From: Nemertoderma westbladi
Lineage: Eukaryota > Animalia > Xenacoelomorpha
Direction: 5' to 3'
Assembly (NCBI GenBank): GCA_032718475.1
Contig: JAUCBJ010004935.1
Location: 1 to 64,000 of the forward strand
DNA length: 64,000 nucleotides
Below the pieces are notes generated by a model. It was not told the DNA's origin and did not search any database. It saw only the letters and a program-made list of their open reading frames with translations. Positions 13,329-26,217 of the stretch are shown one piece after another (within the stretch, counting starts at the first letter, position 1; every line of letters begins with the position of its first letter). The position numbers and the translations under genes were made by a program.

Positions 13329-14579
13329 GTGCTAAATTTCAACTCATTCAAATTAACCGCTACAATTTAATTGCATCTGCTTAAGGTAGATTAACCAATA
13401 TGATTGCAGTTATCTGATAGTAACCAATGTCGTGCAAGATATGTGTTTGCTGGACCAATGATTATCTTTAAAACCCAATATAACTCATAGAACATTCTCG
13501 ATTGATTGCAGCACTAATTTGCTATGAAAGGTGCGATTTGTTCATTAGTTATTATCTAGTAACCATTATAGTAACCATTCTAGTAACCATTCTATCTATT
13601 AGTTATCTTTATTAGTTATCGTTTAATTTTGTAATAAAGTTAGAAGTATTCGCTATATCTGCCCCTTTTATCATGTTTCACCACGGTGAACACAACTGAG
13701 GAACAGGATGGCAGGCTAGACATCGGGCCGCGGCAATAGACGAGAACATCGGAGGAATGTAGGAAGGAGACAACCCGCAATATTATCCTTAGTTATTCGC
13801 CGATCACCTGAAGGTTAGACAGCGTTCGATGCCTTGGTACCTAAGCGTAAGACCTAAGATCGAAGGTAGAGGTATTGATACGCTGTGCGCCAAAATTACA
13901 TTTAGGGACTGTATTGTCTTAATTCAGAGAAAAACCCGCAGTAAGCCTTCATATTCCTACGGGGGGAGAGAGAGAGTAGAGCAGGTATAGAGATACTAGT
14001 ACTCAGATAGGACGCAAGCACACTGGTATAAGGCATACACATTGGTAGGGTGCAGCAAGCTGTACGCCTAACTCATTTGCTAGGTACAGGTGCGTCGGTG
14101 ATTCATTTGTAGTACAACGGTGTCTATTATTTGCGTTGGAACTTGTAGGCCAAGAGGTTACTGTGTTTTTACCTGAATTGGGATTGTACAGTTCAGGCGG
14201 TAGGGCAGTTTACCACTATGCGCATATAAATTAAGGCCATTAGGGATACTAACACCTACCATGTCCCCGCCGACGTCCTGATAAGAAGTTGCCGTGCCCA
14301 CCTAGGCAACCAAAATTCTAGATAGGAAGCCAGGCCAGATATTTGTAACTGTACGCCTACTGTAGCAAACTAACACATTTTCTTCTTAGTATTAGGGACC
14401 TGGTAATTAAACTGCCGAATTCTGAGCATAGTATTAACCTTTATGCCTGAATTTGAGTCCTGGAAGTACACAAAAGGGGAAGGAGCCTTATCATTTGTGA
14501 GTATTGGACCTACAAGCCATAAAATTGGGGTATTTATAAAATACACCAGACCCAGTAATTATATATATGAAGGATTTAA

Positions 14580-15702
14580 GGGGGGGGGGGTAGCGCATTT
14601 TCTGACCAAAAATACGAATTTTTGAAACATATCCTATCTGATGCAGAATTTCATGGTGAATCCAAATATGGAAACCGTTTTCCCATATCTTGCTTAGTTT
14701 TCGAGATATCTGGGATAGAAGATACTGCTCCGATATATCGCGATATCGGTAAAGGCGATGAAGTTTGGAGTTTGCATTCAATTTCTGCAAATTTCTGTGC
14801 CCAATGGTGCCAATTGGATGTCTCCACGAGAAAGAGCACAAAATTTTATTTGAGAAGGTATTTTTTTATGATTATTGGACCTACTGATCAGTTTATAAGA
14901 CAACTTCAAGTCTCCGGAATGAAGACAGGACTTGAATAAGCGACTCTGCGGTCTTTGCGGGATTACACGGAATAGACTTATCGGTCATCAGAGATCTTCA
15001 AAATGTATAATCTCCAGTTCTAGTGGTCGTACGAAGTTCGTTTTAGGCTCATTCGAAAGCTCTTTTCTTAGAGAACAAAGTTACCATTTGATTAAAGACA
15101 AAATGGTTGTAAAGCAACATAACATGAATTTGGGTAAAATATGCCTTGCAAATTTTGTTCAAGTTATGATTGCTCAGGCAGCTTTCAAGAGTTTGCCAAA
15201 CCAAATGGTAACTTTGGTCTCTGAGAAAAGAGCTTTCGAATGAGCCCAAAACGAACTCCGTACGACCACTAGAACTGGAGATTATACATTTTGAAGATCT
15301 CCGATGACCGATAAGTCTATTCCGTGTAATCCAGCAAATACCGCAGAGTCGCTTATTCGAGTCCCGTCTTCATTCCGGAGACTTGAAGTTGTCTTATAAA
15401 CTGATCAGTAGGTCCAATAATCATAAAAAAATACCTTCTCAATTAAAATTTTGTGCTCTTTCTCGTGGAGACATCCAATTAGCACCACTGAGCACAGAAA
15501 TTTGCAGAAATTGAATGCAAACCCCAAACTTCACCGATATCGCGACATATCGGAGCAGTATCTTCTATCCCAGATATCTCGAAGACTAAGCAAGATATGG
15601 GAAAACGGTTTCCATATTTGGATTCACCATGAAATTCTGCATCAGATAGGATATGTTTCAAAAATTCGACTTTTTGGTCAGAAAATGCGCTACCCCCCCC
15701 CC
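14580..15702. mobile_element. 1123-bp foldback non-autonomous DNA transposon, Kolobok-like
   Basis: Inverted arms 14580-15090 and 15202-15702 with GG...CC termini. TTAA TSD at 14576-14579 and 15703-15706. The empty site GATTTAAAACTG is visible in the 3' LTR near 32201-32212. Confidence 0.9.
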
Positions 15703-16116
15703 TTAAAACTGATTTTGACTGTTGGAATTAAGACACACGCGCGTTAGAAATTATTTACACCTCAAAATATATAAAATAATTTTTGTCCTTACTGCGCTTT
15801 GGCCGCTAGTTAGACATTTAGCTAGCAACTCTCACCCAACCCATATAAATCACACCGCGGCAAAGTATACGAGTGCCCTTAGTCCGTCAGTGAGTCAGCC
15901 CGATTTTAGGATTCGCTGCGCGGGATTTTGTTTTACCGAAGTTTGTCCGTTTGTAGACTGTCTTCTGCCTCACCGGTTATAAGAGACCGATACTGCAATA
16001 GGTTTGCTTACTTAGAGTTTACTGTTTTGGTGAGAAGGTCGGATTTATGCTTTGATTCACAGACTCTACAGTATGATATTGCAGGATTCGTGTATTTGGT
16101 ACGTCTCTTCCATTTA

Positions 16117-16127
16117 GTAGGAATATG
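16117..16127 (+). promoter_or_regulatory. Primer-binding-site position, GTAGGAATATG; complementary to the element's own LTR rather than to a tRNA CCA end
   Basis: Directly abuts the 5' LTR, lacks TGG, and is the reverse complement of CATATTCCTAC at 13950-13960 (31578-31588 in the 3' LTR). Confidence 0.65.
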
Positions 16128-16961
16128 TATTATTTTTAACATATTTCCTAAATTAGTAGGAATATTATGTTTTGCTGAACTACGGTTCAGTAGGACTAAA
16201 ATTGTTTGAAAATTTGTATTTTGAGGTAAAATTTGTATTTGATTAGCTAAGTGCTAATTTTGAAATAAAATTTTGATTTGAAACACGTGTAAAATATTTG
16301 GAATTGAATACCGGTGTTTAAAAGGGTTTAAATACCATATTGTACCGGTACAAAATTTTCGTAAAAGTAAAACCAAACTCTTTTGTTTTTCAGGATTCAG
16401 AGCTCATTTCTAGACTGTAACGAGAGCAAGACCGTGTTTTAGCAAGTTTGGGAGATAGATAATCCAACAACTTTGGTTGGGAAAAATTGCACTTCGTCCG
16501 CAACGCTGGAAACGGAAAGGTTCCAGTTTGTATCTGGGAATCTGTTTTTCTGGAGAATAATTGGAGTGGGTAAGTTTGAAAGTTGCATAAATCAGTTAGG
16601 CATTACCGTATTAGTTAAAATTATTGTGGGTTCCACTGTCTCAAGTATTTATGCATTCCGTACGATTTCTTTGTTTATTGCTGAATTAGTCCGTAATTAT
16701 TTGTGTTTAATTTATATTTTGATAACATATATTGTTATCCGATTTATTTGTTATAAAATTGGCCGATAGGCTAATTTTATTATATACTTATTCCGTGACA
16801 TTTATTTGCTGTAAAATTGGCCGCTAGGCTAATTTTATCCACTTGCTATAAAATCGGCCGGTAGGCTAATTTTATATGACTGTAATTAGTACCATTTAGA
16901 TATAAATATGGTAAATTTGATACTTTGACACTCATACTTTACTTGACTTACAACTACCGAA

Positions 16962-19900
16962 ATGAGTGACAAACAGGACTATACGAAGAATACACATACC
17001 GACTATGACTCATGTGATGCGGATAAGTCAGTAGCGGAAGAACCACAGGGGAAGACTCGCGAGCCTACCAAACCTACACCGTGTTTGTCACCAGTACATC
17101 CAACGGGAGTACCGGATGCCGTAGTACGAGGCGACGGCAGGACCGAGGATTTTCTAACTGTTCCGCAACCTAGACACAGGGAAACGGACATGGTAAGTTC
17201 AGTAGGAAGCCAAGAGAGCGTTGTTAGAATCGTCGGAGGATACATGGCGCACATTACCAGGAGTATTGGAGAAGGCCAACACATATTAGACGAGTTGACC
17301 GCTCCGATGTCTCGGTTCGAATTCTACACCCTACAGGTTAGAGTGCAAAGTAAAGTACATAAGTCCGTAAATAACCTAATCAGTCTACAAGATCTAGCTA
17401 GACAAAGACAGGATGCGGACACTCAATTTAGAATCCTCAAGAAATTAATGATTACCAGGGAGAAACTAATTCAGTTTAAAACAACCGTTAGACAGATACA
17501 ACAGGAGCAAGCGGATCAGTTACTAGGTGAGTCAGTTTCTGACGAGTTATTACAGCCTGAGGAAGAACAGGAATTGTATAGGCTGGATGGACAATTGAAA
17601 TATCTGACAGATCACTTACGTATGTGCGGCGAAGATGTCGGAGATTGGGAAACCGTGCCGGAGGCTACGAGGGAAACTTCACTCGCACAAATCGAACTGG
17701 CACCGGGAATACTGGATCAATCACTGGTGAGTATTCGCAGCGAAATTGGCAAGGTAAGTATGGTAACATCAGAAATTGCTCGACAACAGCAGCAATTCTA
17801 CAGACAACGACAAGAGATGGAGGAACAAACTCAACTGCTAATGGTACAAGCAGCAGTAGAGGAAGAGAAACTACGCGTTGCGAATGTTGCGAGAATCTCT
17901 CATCTGCAAGAACAAGCCGAGTTGGAAGCAGCCGAAATGGAAAGGTTAGAGTTGGATATTGCGCGACAAGCAGCAGCTGCAGAGTTAGCGCAACAAACGG
18001 CAGCAGCTGAGTTAGTGCAACAAACGGCAGCGGCTGAGTTGGAGCGACAAATGGCAGCGGCTGAGTTGGAGCGACAAACGGCAGTGGCTGAGTTGGAGCG
18101 ACAAAGGTTAGTTTCAGAAGCGAGAGCCGAGATGAAAAAACGACAGATAAAGGCTCAATCAGCTATACGACAAGCGGAGTTCGAGGCGCAACAACAACAA
18201 ACAGAACAACGCGAGAAAGAGTGTAAACTTCATTTCGAACTCGAAAAGAAGGCGAGACAATTAGCCAACGCCAAGGAAGATCTGGATCTTCAAGCCCGCA
18301 ATCGATCGATGAGATCTCGAGACGGACACGATCTAGACAGGATAGAGGTAAGGCATCGTCAAATTCAGGAACGAATGAAGGAAGGAAGTGTAGGAGCACC
18401 TGAGTGAGAACGGGAATTGGTTAAAGACTTATGTCAACGATTTCCTCAAGTAACTCCAATGTTCGCACCAATTACGAATAAAGGACCTGTTTCGATTGCG
18501 GGTAGTAGCAGTATATCTCCTATACACGATGCGACGGAACACAGGTTTGTTATTCCGGACAAGTTTGTACCGCCAAGAGCAACGTCATCACCTATTCCGA
18601 AAGTCAAGGTAAGTAACCCGCCGATTACCAATCGTAGTAGTTTATTAGTTGGACCTGTATTGCTGACGACTAAACAGCACGACAGCACACCGCAGATCCA
18701 ATCGTGTTTAGATCTACGAGGACTTTGGATTCAAACGCCATTACGCGACCACGGATTCAGTTTACATCGCAATCTACGACTTCGAGGAAGACTTGTGAGC
18801 CTACCGAACAACGGAGACCAGTGGATACGCAACCATTTAACCAGTTTACAACGCAATCTACGATTTCGAGGAAGACATGTGAGCCTACCGAACAACGGAG
18901 ACCAGTGGATACACGACCGTTTAACAAGTTTACATCGCAATCTACGACTTTGAGGAAGACTTGTGAGCCTACCGAACGACGGAAACCAGTGGATGATGTT
19001 TCTAAACAGAATGTTAGGATTCGGACAACACAACGGATGTGAGCACATCGGCCACCGTATCCAGGTGACAGTAGTACTTCGAGCGAATTGGGTTACCCGG
19101 AATGTGAGGTATTTAGAACAGGAGCGGCCGATGAATGCAAACGTGAGCGTTCTGATAATTCCCTTATCGATAATCCTCCACAAAATACACCAACACAGAA
19201 GGCGTTACAACCAACGGACGCAATTAGTACGCAACAATTCGGAAACCTAATGCGACCAGTTGTCAACAAGTTGGCCCAGATTGAGGAACGCTTAGAGGAA
19301 GTTCAAACCGATAGTTCGAGAAATACCGAATTCGAACACAATAGAAACCCGAAGGATCCGCAAAGAGCGATAGTTTCAAGAAACACCTCGTATCAAAGGA
19401 AAGCGCCAAGACGGGAGAACAGCAACTCGATTGCCAACCAAGGACGCGAAACTTTGAACGTAGCTGAGGAGATAGCTAAATTCGCAGCCAGACAAGGACT
19501 ACCGGTGCAACAACCACCTAAGTTTTCCGGTAACTCCAAACATTGGCACACATTCGTAGACTACATCGAATCTCAAATTGCTGCGTGCGCTTTTACATCA
19601 AGGGAAAAGTTTAACTACCTGCTTCAAACATTGACGGGAGAACCCAAATGTTTAGCAGAGACTTTTGTTGGTGTACCAGACGCCTTCGAGTTAGGATACG
19701 ATCGCTTAACTTCAATCTACGGAGGTACGGTAAGCATGGCCAAGTTAGTAATAGAGGAACTCTGTAAGGGGGGGGTTATTACAAAACCCGTCGACTTACT
19801 GAAACTAGCTGACGAAATAAAAACGCTATCACTACATTACGATCTATTGGACAACTCGATTACGGAAACACCCCTACAGTCCTATTAAAAATCATAGGAA

Positions 19901-20748
19901 GACTACACCATCGACTTCGTAGGGAGTGGAGGAAGATCGAGTACCAGCAAGAAGAAAGAGGTGGATTTTTGAAATTAAAGGATGTGTACATATTAATATC
20001 TAGGGAAGCAGTGGTGGAGACTCGTTCTAACTACACAGATCAACACATTGTAGCAGAAGGAATCACCTTACCATCATCAAACCGACACAAACCACCGACG
20101 ACATCTACAAGGACGGCCACCTACGCAACACCGACAGAAACCCAACAATTTTCAGATGGTAGTAAAGTGTCCGCACCTATTGGGATCAGACAGACTAGGC
20201 AGCAACTGAGTGCCGACTTTAGCGGTTGCCAATACTGCGAGCGGTTCGGTAAGCGGCATACTAGTCACAAGTTGAGAGGATGTCGACTGTTTCGCGAGTT
20301 AAACTCGGAAGAACGACGACTACAAATACGGCCATTGGATTCTTGTTGGAGGTGTACGCAACACGGACATGTCCGCAAGGATTGCCCAAATACAGACACC
20401 TGTCCTTCCTGTGGACGCAACCATGATGCCTTGCTCCACACGGACAGTCACACACCAACGAAACGCTTCACCAGGGAACACCCGGAAGCTGCAGCAAAAT
20501 GCAACACCGCATATAAGAATCAAGAATCGAAAACAACACCAACGTTTGTGACGCATATACGGGATTGTTTCCCAGAACAATCCAGGTCTTCAGATGAAGA
20601 ATCAGAAGACGATGACACATACTCAGATGGAGACGAACAACCATCGATTGCGCTTCTGACGCCTGACCAACTGAAGGGATTTAGCGTAATTCCTGTTTGG
20701 ATTACGGGCACAAAACCTCATCTCACAGCTACGTGGATGAGAAGGTAG
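16962..20748 (+). pseudogene. BEL-1 gag: long coiled-coil N-terminus, DUF1759-like capsid region and zinc knuckles; disrupted
   Basis: KFSGNSKHWHTF...EKFNYLLQTLTGEPK; Cys/His motifs CQYC...HKLRGC, CWRCTQHGHVRKDC and CPSCGRNH. Several stops and frameshifts. 27-bp ELERQTAAA repeats at ~17982-18106 and three 84-bp repeats at ~18757-18990. Confidence 0.88.
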
Positions 20749-23700
20749 CCGACGTCGTGACGGACCTTAGACAAGGTAAGCACATCAGATATACCATAAG
20801 TAGTATGCATGGACAACGTGCAATACCAGTGACACGAGTTAAGTTGAACTTAGACACTCTTCTTTAGAGATCGCAACATAGCGAAAAGGAGAGGTCTTTG
20901 TTACCCTTTAAGGATTTAACTTTTGCGGCCACAAAAGACTTTAGTAATCTACTAGGTCCAGTGCCGTAACAATCTTTAGAGGACCGTAAGTATTTCAGAC
21001 ACCTTGGTGTACCCGAATGTCCTGTTAACTATAGATCAGTAGCAATGCTGATCGGGACAGACCAATTCAACTTACATCAAGTGTGGGAAACCAGACCATC
21101 GGTAGTCGTAGCGGGAAACGCATACGCCTGTAGAACGCCGATAGGGTGGTATACTCGAGCGCCTGTGCGCACACTAGATATAAGTGATGAGGAAGACGAT
21201 GTGCAAAGTACATGTAGTTTATTAACCACAACTTCAACTCATTCCTTTTCACACAACAGAGACTATACTACACTACGTTCGACAAAACACGACAACGTTA
21301 CAGGTACGACGTGTGTAGCAAATACAATAAGTCACAGAGAGCAGCCAATCCACAATTTTAGTGTAGAGATTGAGAAGGAGCGGAGTCAGGCAGAGGTTCC
21401 ATCAACGACAGATGATAACGCCGGAAGGCTTGCGAGTCTACCTGAACCAATAACCTTAACAACGCCCGTTGATGTCAACGCATTAAGAAACTGTCAAGTG
21501 GAACAAGCTGCACTGGACAAAGAATTAACAGAGAAGACTATCAGATGGTTGGAACAAGATACTGCCAAACCAGGTAGCTACGAACCGTGTATGTCGGAAC
21601 AAGAGAAACACTCTTTAAAGATCATGGAAGATACTATCCGCCAGACGAAAGACGGACATTATGAGGTAGGGATGTTATGGCGTAACCAGCGTCCTAAACT
21701 TATAAATAATTATCCGCTTGCTTTAAGACGTCTAAACTCAATATGACAACGTTTATTGAAGGACAAGAAAGCCCATCTGCAGTACAATACCCAGATGAAG
21801 ACGTATTTGACAAAAGGGTACGCTAGCAGAATGACTAACCCAGAGATTATGACAGACCAGACATACTATTTACCACATCACTATGTGAGACACCCCGATA
21901 AACCTGACAAAGTACGTGTAGTTAATGACTGCGCGGCTCTGTTTGAGGGAATGTCTCTCAATAGTGAGCTGATGGATGGACCAAACATGAATAATTATCT
22001 CATGGGCGTGATTATGCGCTTCCGTCAACGCCAAGTAGCATTTACTTGCGACGTCGAAGCCATGTTTTACCAAGTGCGAGCGTTAGAGCGAGACAGAGAC
22101 AGTTTGAGGTTCCTCTGGTACCCGGATGGAGACTTAAGTCAACCACCGACGACTTACCAAATGCAAGTTCGCGTTTTCGGTGCCAGAGACAGCCCAGATT
22201 GTACTATGTACGCCCTGAAGCAGACCACTAGGGACCAGAAACATAAGTATGACCCAGAGGTAATCAAGATAGTAGAACGAGATTTTTATGTGGACGATGG
22301 ATTACAAAGTTGTGACACAGTAGAACGTGCTATAACAGTAGCACATCAATTACGGGACTGTTTAGCAGGCGGAGGTTTTAACCTCACCAAGTTTGCCTCA
22401 AACAGTGCCAAATTAGTAAATTCATTCGAAACAACTGAACGTGGGGGTGGTGACATTGACTTAGAGTTTGAACCACTACCAACTACCAAGGTGTTGGGAC
22501 TATTTTGGGACCCAAACACAGACAACTTTCGAGTGAAGGTAAGACTGGACTGGACGCTCAAGGGAATTCTCTGACAAAGAGGTCTTGCTTGTCAAAGCTG
22601 AGTCAACTGTTCGACCCCTTAGGTTTTATCAGCCCAATAATACTGCAAGCAAGAATATATATGCGCAGTATCTGGAAAGATGGACTGACATGGGACGAAC
22701 CGATCTCATCCGAACAAGTGGACTTATGGAAAACTTGGGAGGCGCAATTGTCTTCGCTAGAAGATTATTCCATACCCCGGGTGTACTTTCCATTACAGAC
22801 GACATTTCCTGACGACTTAGAATTACATTGTTTTTCCGACGCCAGTGACAACGGCTTTGGAGTGACAGCGTATTTGCGCAGACAAGTAGACTCAGACGAG
22901 TTCGAGGTTTCGCTCATTACTTCTAAGGCTAAAACCATGCCTACTAAGTACATGACGACACCACGCGCTGAACTACAAGCAGCAACCCTGTCAACCACTA
23001 TCATAAACCTTATACAGACGGAATTACAATCAAGTTTACAGATATTTTATTGGACTGACGCGACGTTAGTTTTATTCTATATAAGCAATGACACTCTTGA
23101 ATTTAGGACATTTGTAGCTAACCGTCGTGCGGAAATTTTGGACCGTTCAATAAAGGAAGATTGGCGACATTGTCCCGGACCACAAAATCCAGCTGATATT
23201 GCGTCGCGAGGAATGATACCTGAGGAGTTCTGTAAACCGGAGAACAAGGAATTTTGGCAACATGGACCACAATTCTTGCAAAGAACATCACAACATTGGC
23301 CGCCACTATATGACAATAAGTCTAACACTATCCCTAAGGATGCCGAAATTAAAAAACCAAAGAAAGGGAAAGCAAAGAAAAAGACGACGACGAAACTCAA
23401 TAAAAAACCAAAGGCGAAATGGAAAGATATAACTTCCAAAGTTAAGAACGGAAGACTTGCGAGCCTTTCTCAACCAGACATATCGCCAGACGGTCAACCA
23501 GACATTTTACCAGACATGTCACTAGACGTTTCGCCGGATGTTCCGCGAAACATTTTACCAGACATATCACCAGATGTTCAACCAGACACTAGTAACGTAC
23601 TGACACATAGTAAAGCTGTAGTTTCCCTATTGGAGAGGCCTTCTATTGACAAACTACCAAATTTGACACTCTTGAGTAACCATAAGTACAGTGAAACATC

Positions 23701-25558
23701 ATGTATTACAGATGTGGGTAGTACCTATACAAATGAAAATACAGATGTTACTTTGCGCTCAAGAGACATACCAAACTTACAACCTACGGTGATACCTGGG
23801 ATAAATTTCGGCAGAAAGATAAGTTTACCGAAACCCAGTGACCCCATAGAGTTTAAACCACCATTAGGGATCGACTCACAAAGTACCGACAATCAAGGTA
23901 AGAAGACGAAGAAGGACAAATTACTCGTAGACCCGGACGAATCAACAGTCAACAAGGGAATACCTACCGGCGGACCCGTGGGCCCATCTAGTAAAACAAA
24001 ACCTTACAAACTCACCATTGACTTACCTGATGACGTCATAAATATTTACGTCGACCGCATTGTAAACCTGACAGATTCTTGGACAAACGCGTGCCGAAAA
24101 TTAGCGTGGATTGTACGTTTTGTACAATACGTTAAAGGCAAACGCGACTTTACACGTCGACTTACATTAACTGAGATAGACAGATGTGAAATTAAATTAA
24201 TTCGCCATTACCAATTACGATATTTCGCACGCGAATTCACATCTATAAGTCAAGGTCAACCAATCAAGTCGTCACCAATATTGAGTTGGAGTCCGATAAT
24301 TTATAATGGCTTAATTTGTCATAAATCTCGGCTTCAAAACTTTGACTTTAATACTGATTTTAGGTACCCAATAATAATACCGCAACATCACGAATTACAA
24401 CGTGCAATGATACTGGACGCACATTTACATCTGAAACACGCTGGAAGACACCACTGTCTTTCTTACTTACGTAGAAGATTTGTATTAATTAGACCCAGTA
24501 AAGCGTTAAGTTCAGTGACGCGTACGTGTATTATTTGTAAAAAGGTACATTCTAGAATAGGTACCCAGGAAATGAGTGAAATTCCACAAGCACGACTACA
24601 AGCATTCAGACCACCTTTCACAGAGACTGGAATTGACTGCTTTGGTCCCATACATACGAAACGTGGACGTATACTAGTAAAATGCTGGGGACTGATTTTC
24701 ACATGCATGTCCAGTAGGGCAGTTCACATTGAACGCGTGATGGATCTTTCCACCAACGCTTTTATACTAGCATTACGGCGATTTATCACTAGACGCAGAT
24801 TAGTAAAATGCTTGTACTCAGACCAAGGTACAAACTTTGTTGGTGCTCGAAATGAAATTGCTAGAGCCTTTAAGAAGTTAGATCATGATCAAATTTCAAA
24901 CAAACTACGTCCTTACAAGATTATTTGGAAATTTAATCCTCCAGATAGTCCATGGAGAGGCGGAGTCTGGGAGAGACTGATAAGATCTATCAAAACAGCC
25001 ATGGCAAAGGTCATTCCAGTACACCACATCTTGACAGACAACCAACTGACCACATTGTTTGTTGAAATCGAGGCAATACTAAATACAAGACCAATAGTAT
25101 TAGTACCCGATGACAAACAATCCCAATTTGCTTTAACACCTGCACACCTGCTAATGCAGGCACCGACAACATTGACACCTATTTCTATTCCAATAGAAGG
25201 CGATAGCTACGGTAGAAAAGCGTGGAAAATCACGCAACTACTGGCTAACAAATTCTGGGAAATATGGCAAAACCATTATTTGCCCTCTATTTCTGCCAGA
25301 ACAAACTGGTACAATAATACCCGCGCATTAAAGCCGGGAGATCATGTGCTGTTAGCAGAAGTGAATTTAAAAAGACGCTTCTGGATAACAGGTGTAATTT
25401 TAGACACACACCCATCTATGGATGGAGTGACAAAAACTGTGACGGTACGGACAATTGACGGTCGTACAGTAGATAGACCAACTCAACGTCTCGTACTTCT
25501 AGAAGAGACTCGGAACGAGTCTGGAGACTACAAATCTCCAACTAATGTTAGTAAATAA
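20690..25558 (+). pseudogene. BEL-1 pol: degraded protease, RT, Pao RNase H and integrase
   Basis: RT motifs YYLPHH, KVRVVNDC, CDVEAMF, FYVDD. RNase H motifs LFDPLG, HCFSDAS, PRAEL, YWTD, NPADIASRG. Integrase HH/CC, GIDCFGP, SDQGTNF, GGVWERL. The protease catalytic D-S/T-G segment appears deleted near 20715. Confidence 0.93.
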
Positions 25559-26217
25559 TAAGGAGTTTACAAATAGATTTCCACGTACCTGTACACTGTA
25601 GTAAAGACAGCGGTAGAATTCCATTGTCTTTATATGTGAACATTGAGGGTAGTACCCTTATGTGTCACATAGGAGCGGGATTTGTAGGTAAAAGAAATGG
25701 AATTCTACTTGGAACTCACAATATTGAGACATTTTCGAAATTTTAGACAATCCATTTTGGATTTGAAAAATTTTAAAATTTTCTCCAGTGAATAGATTTC
25801 AGGGTACAGTCGGGTGGAACTTAAAATTAGAGAAACAAGAGAACGGAAGACTCGCGAGTCTTTCTTAAATTTAATTAAATTTTACACGGTCTTGTTTCAA
25901 TAAGTTACGTCAAAAATAGACTTCCCTATATTTATTACTAATTCTTGATTGCTTATTTTCTGATAATAGTTTGGGATCAAAAGGTGAGTATTTTAGACTC
26001 ACAGCCCGTTTAGCCCAAAATCGTTTTTATTTTGGCAAAAATTTAGATAAGAAACAGTGTGTCATTAAAAAAACCTTAGATCTTAGGCTATGGGTAGGAG
26101 GTTAGAGCGTTGTCGAGCCCAAAGGGCAGACGAAAACTCTCACATCTCCTCACAACTAACAATAAACTCTGTTGTATTCCCTCTAGTAGCAATGATTATG
26201 TAACTATACTTCCAATA

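Larger units (their letters stand above)
13116..16116 (+). repeat. BEL-1 5' LTR (1874 bp once the foldback insertion is removed)
   Basis: Colinear with 30744-32617 from TATAGAATT to CTTCCATTTA, with about 2% mismatches by eye over the first 800 bp. Confidence 0.95.

Noticed and set aside
14443-16209. ORFs within the foldback element and the LTR
   Set aside because: Mirror-image short ORFs produced by the inverted repeat or chance LTR ORFs; no transposase motifs.
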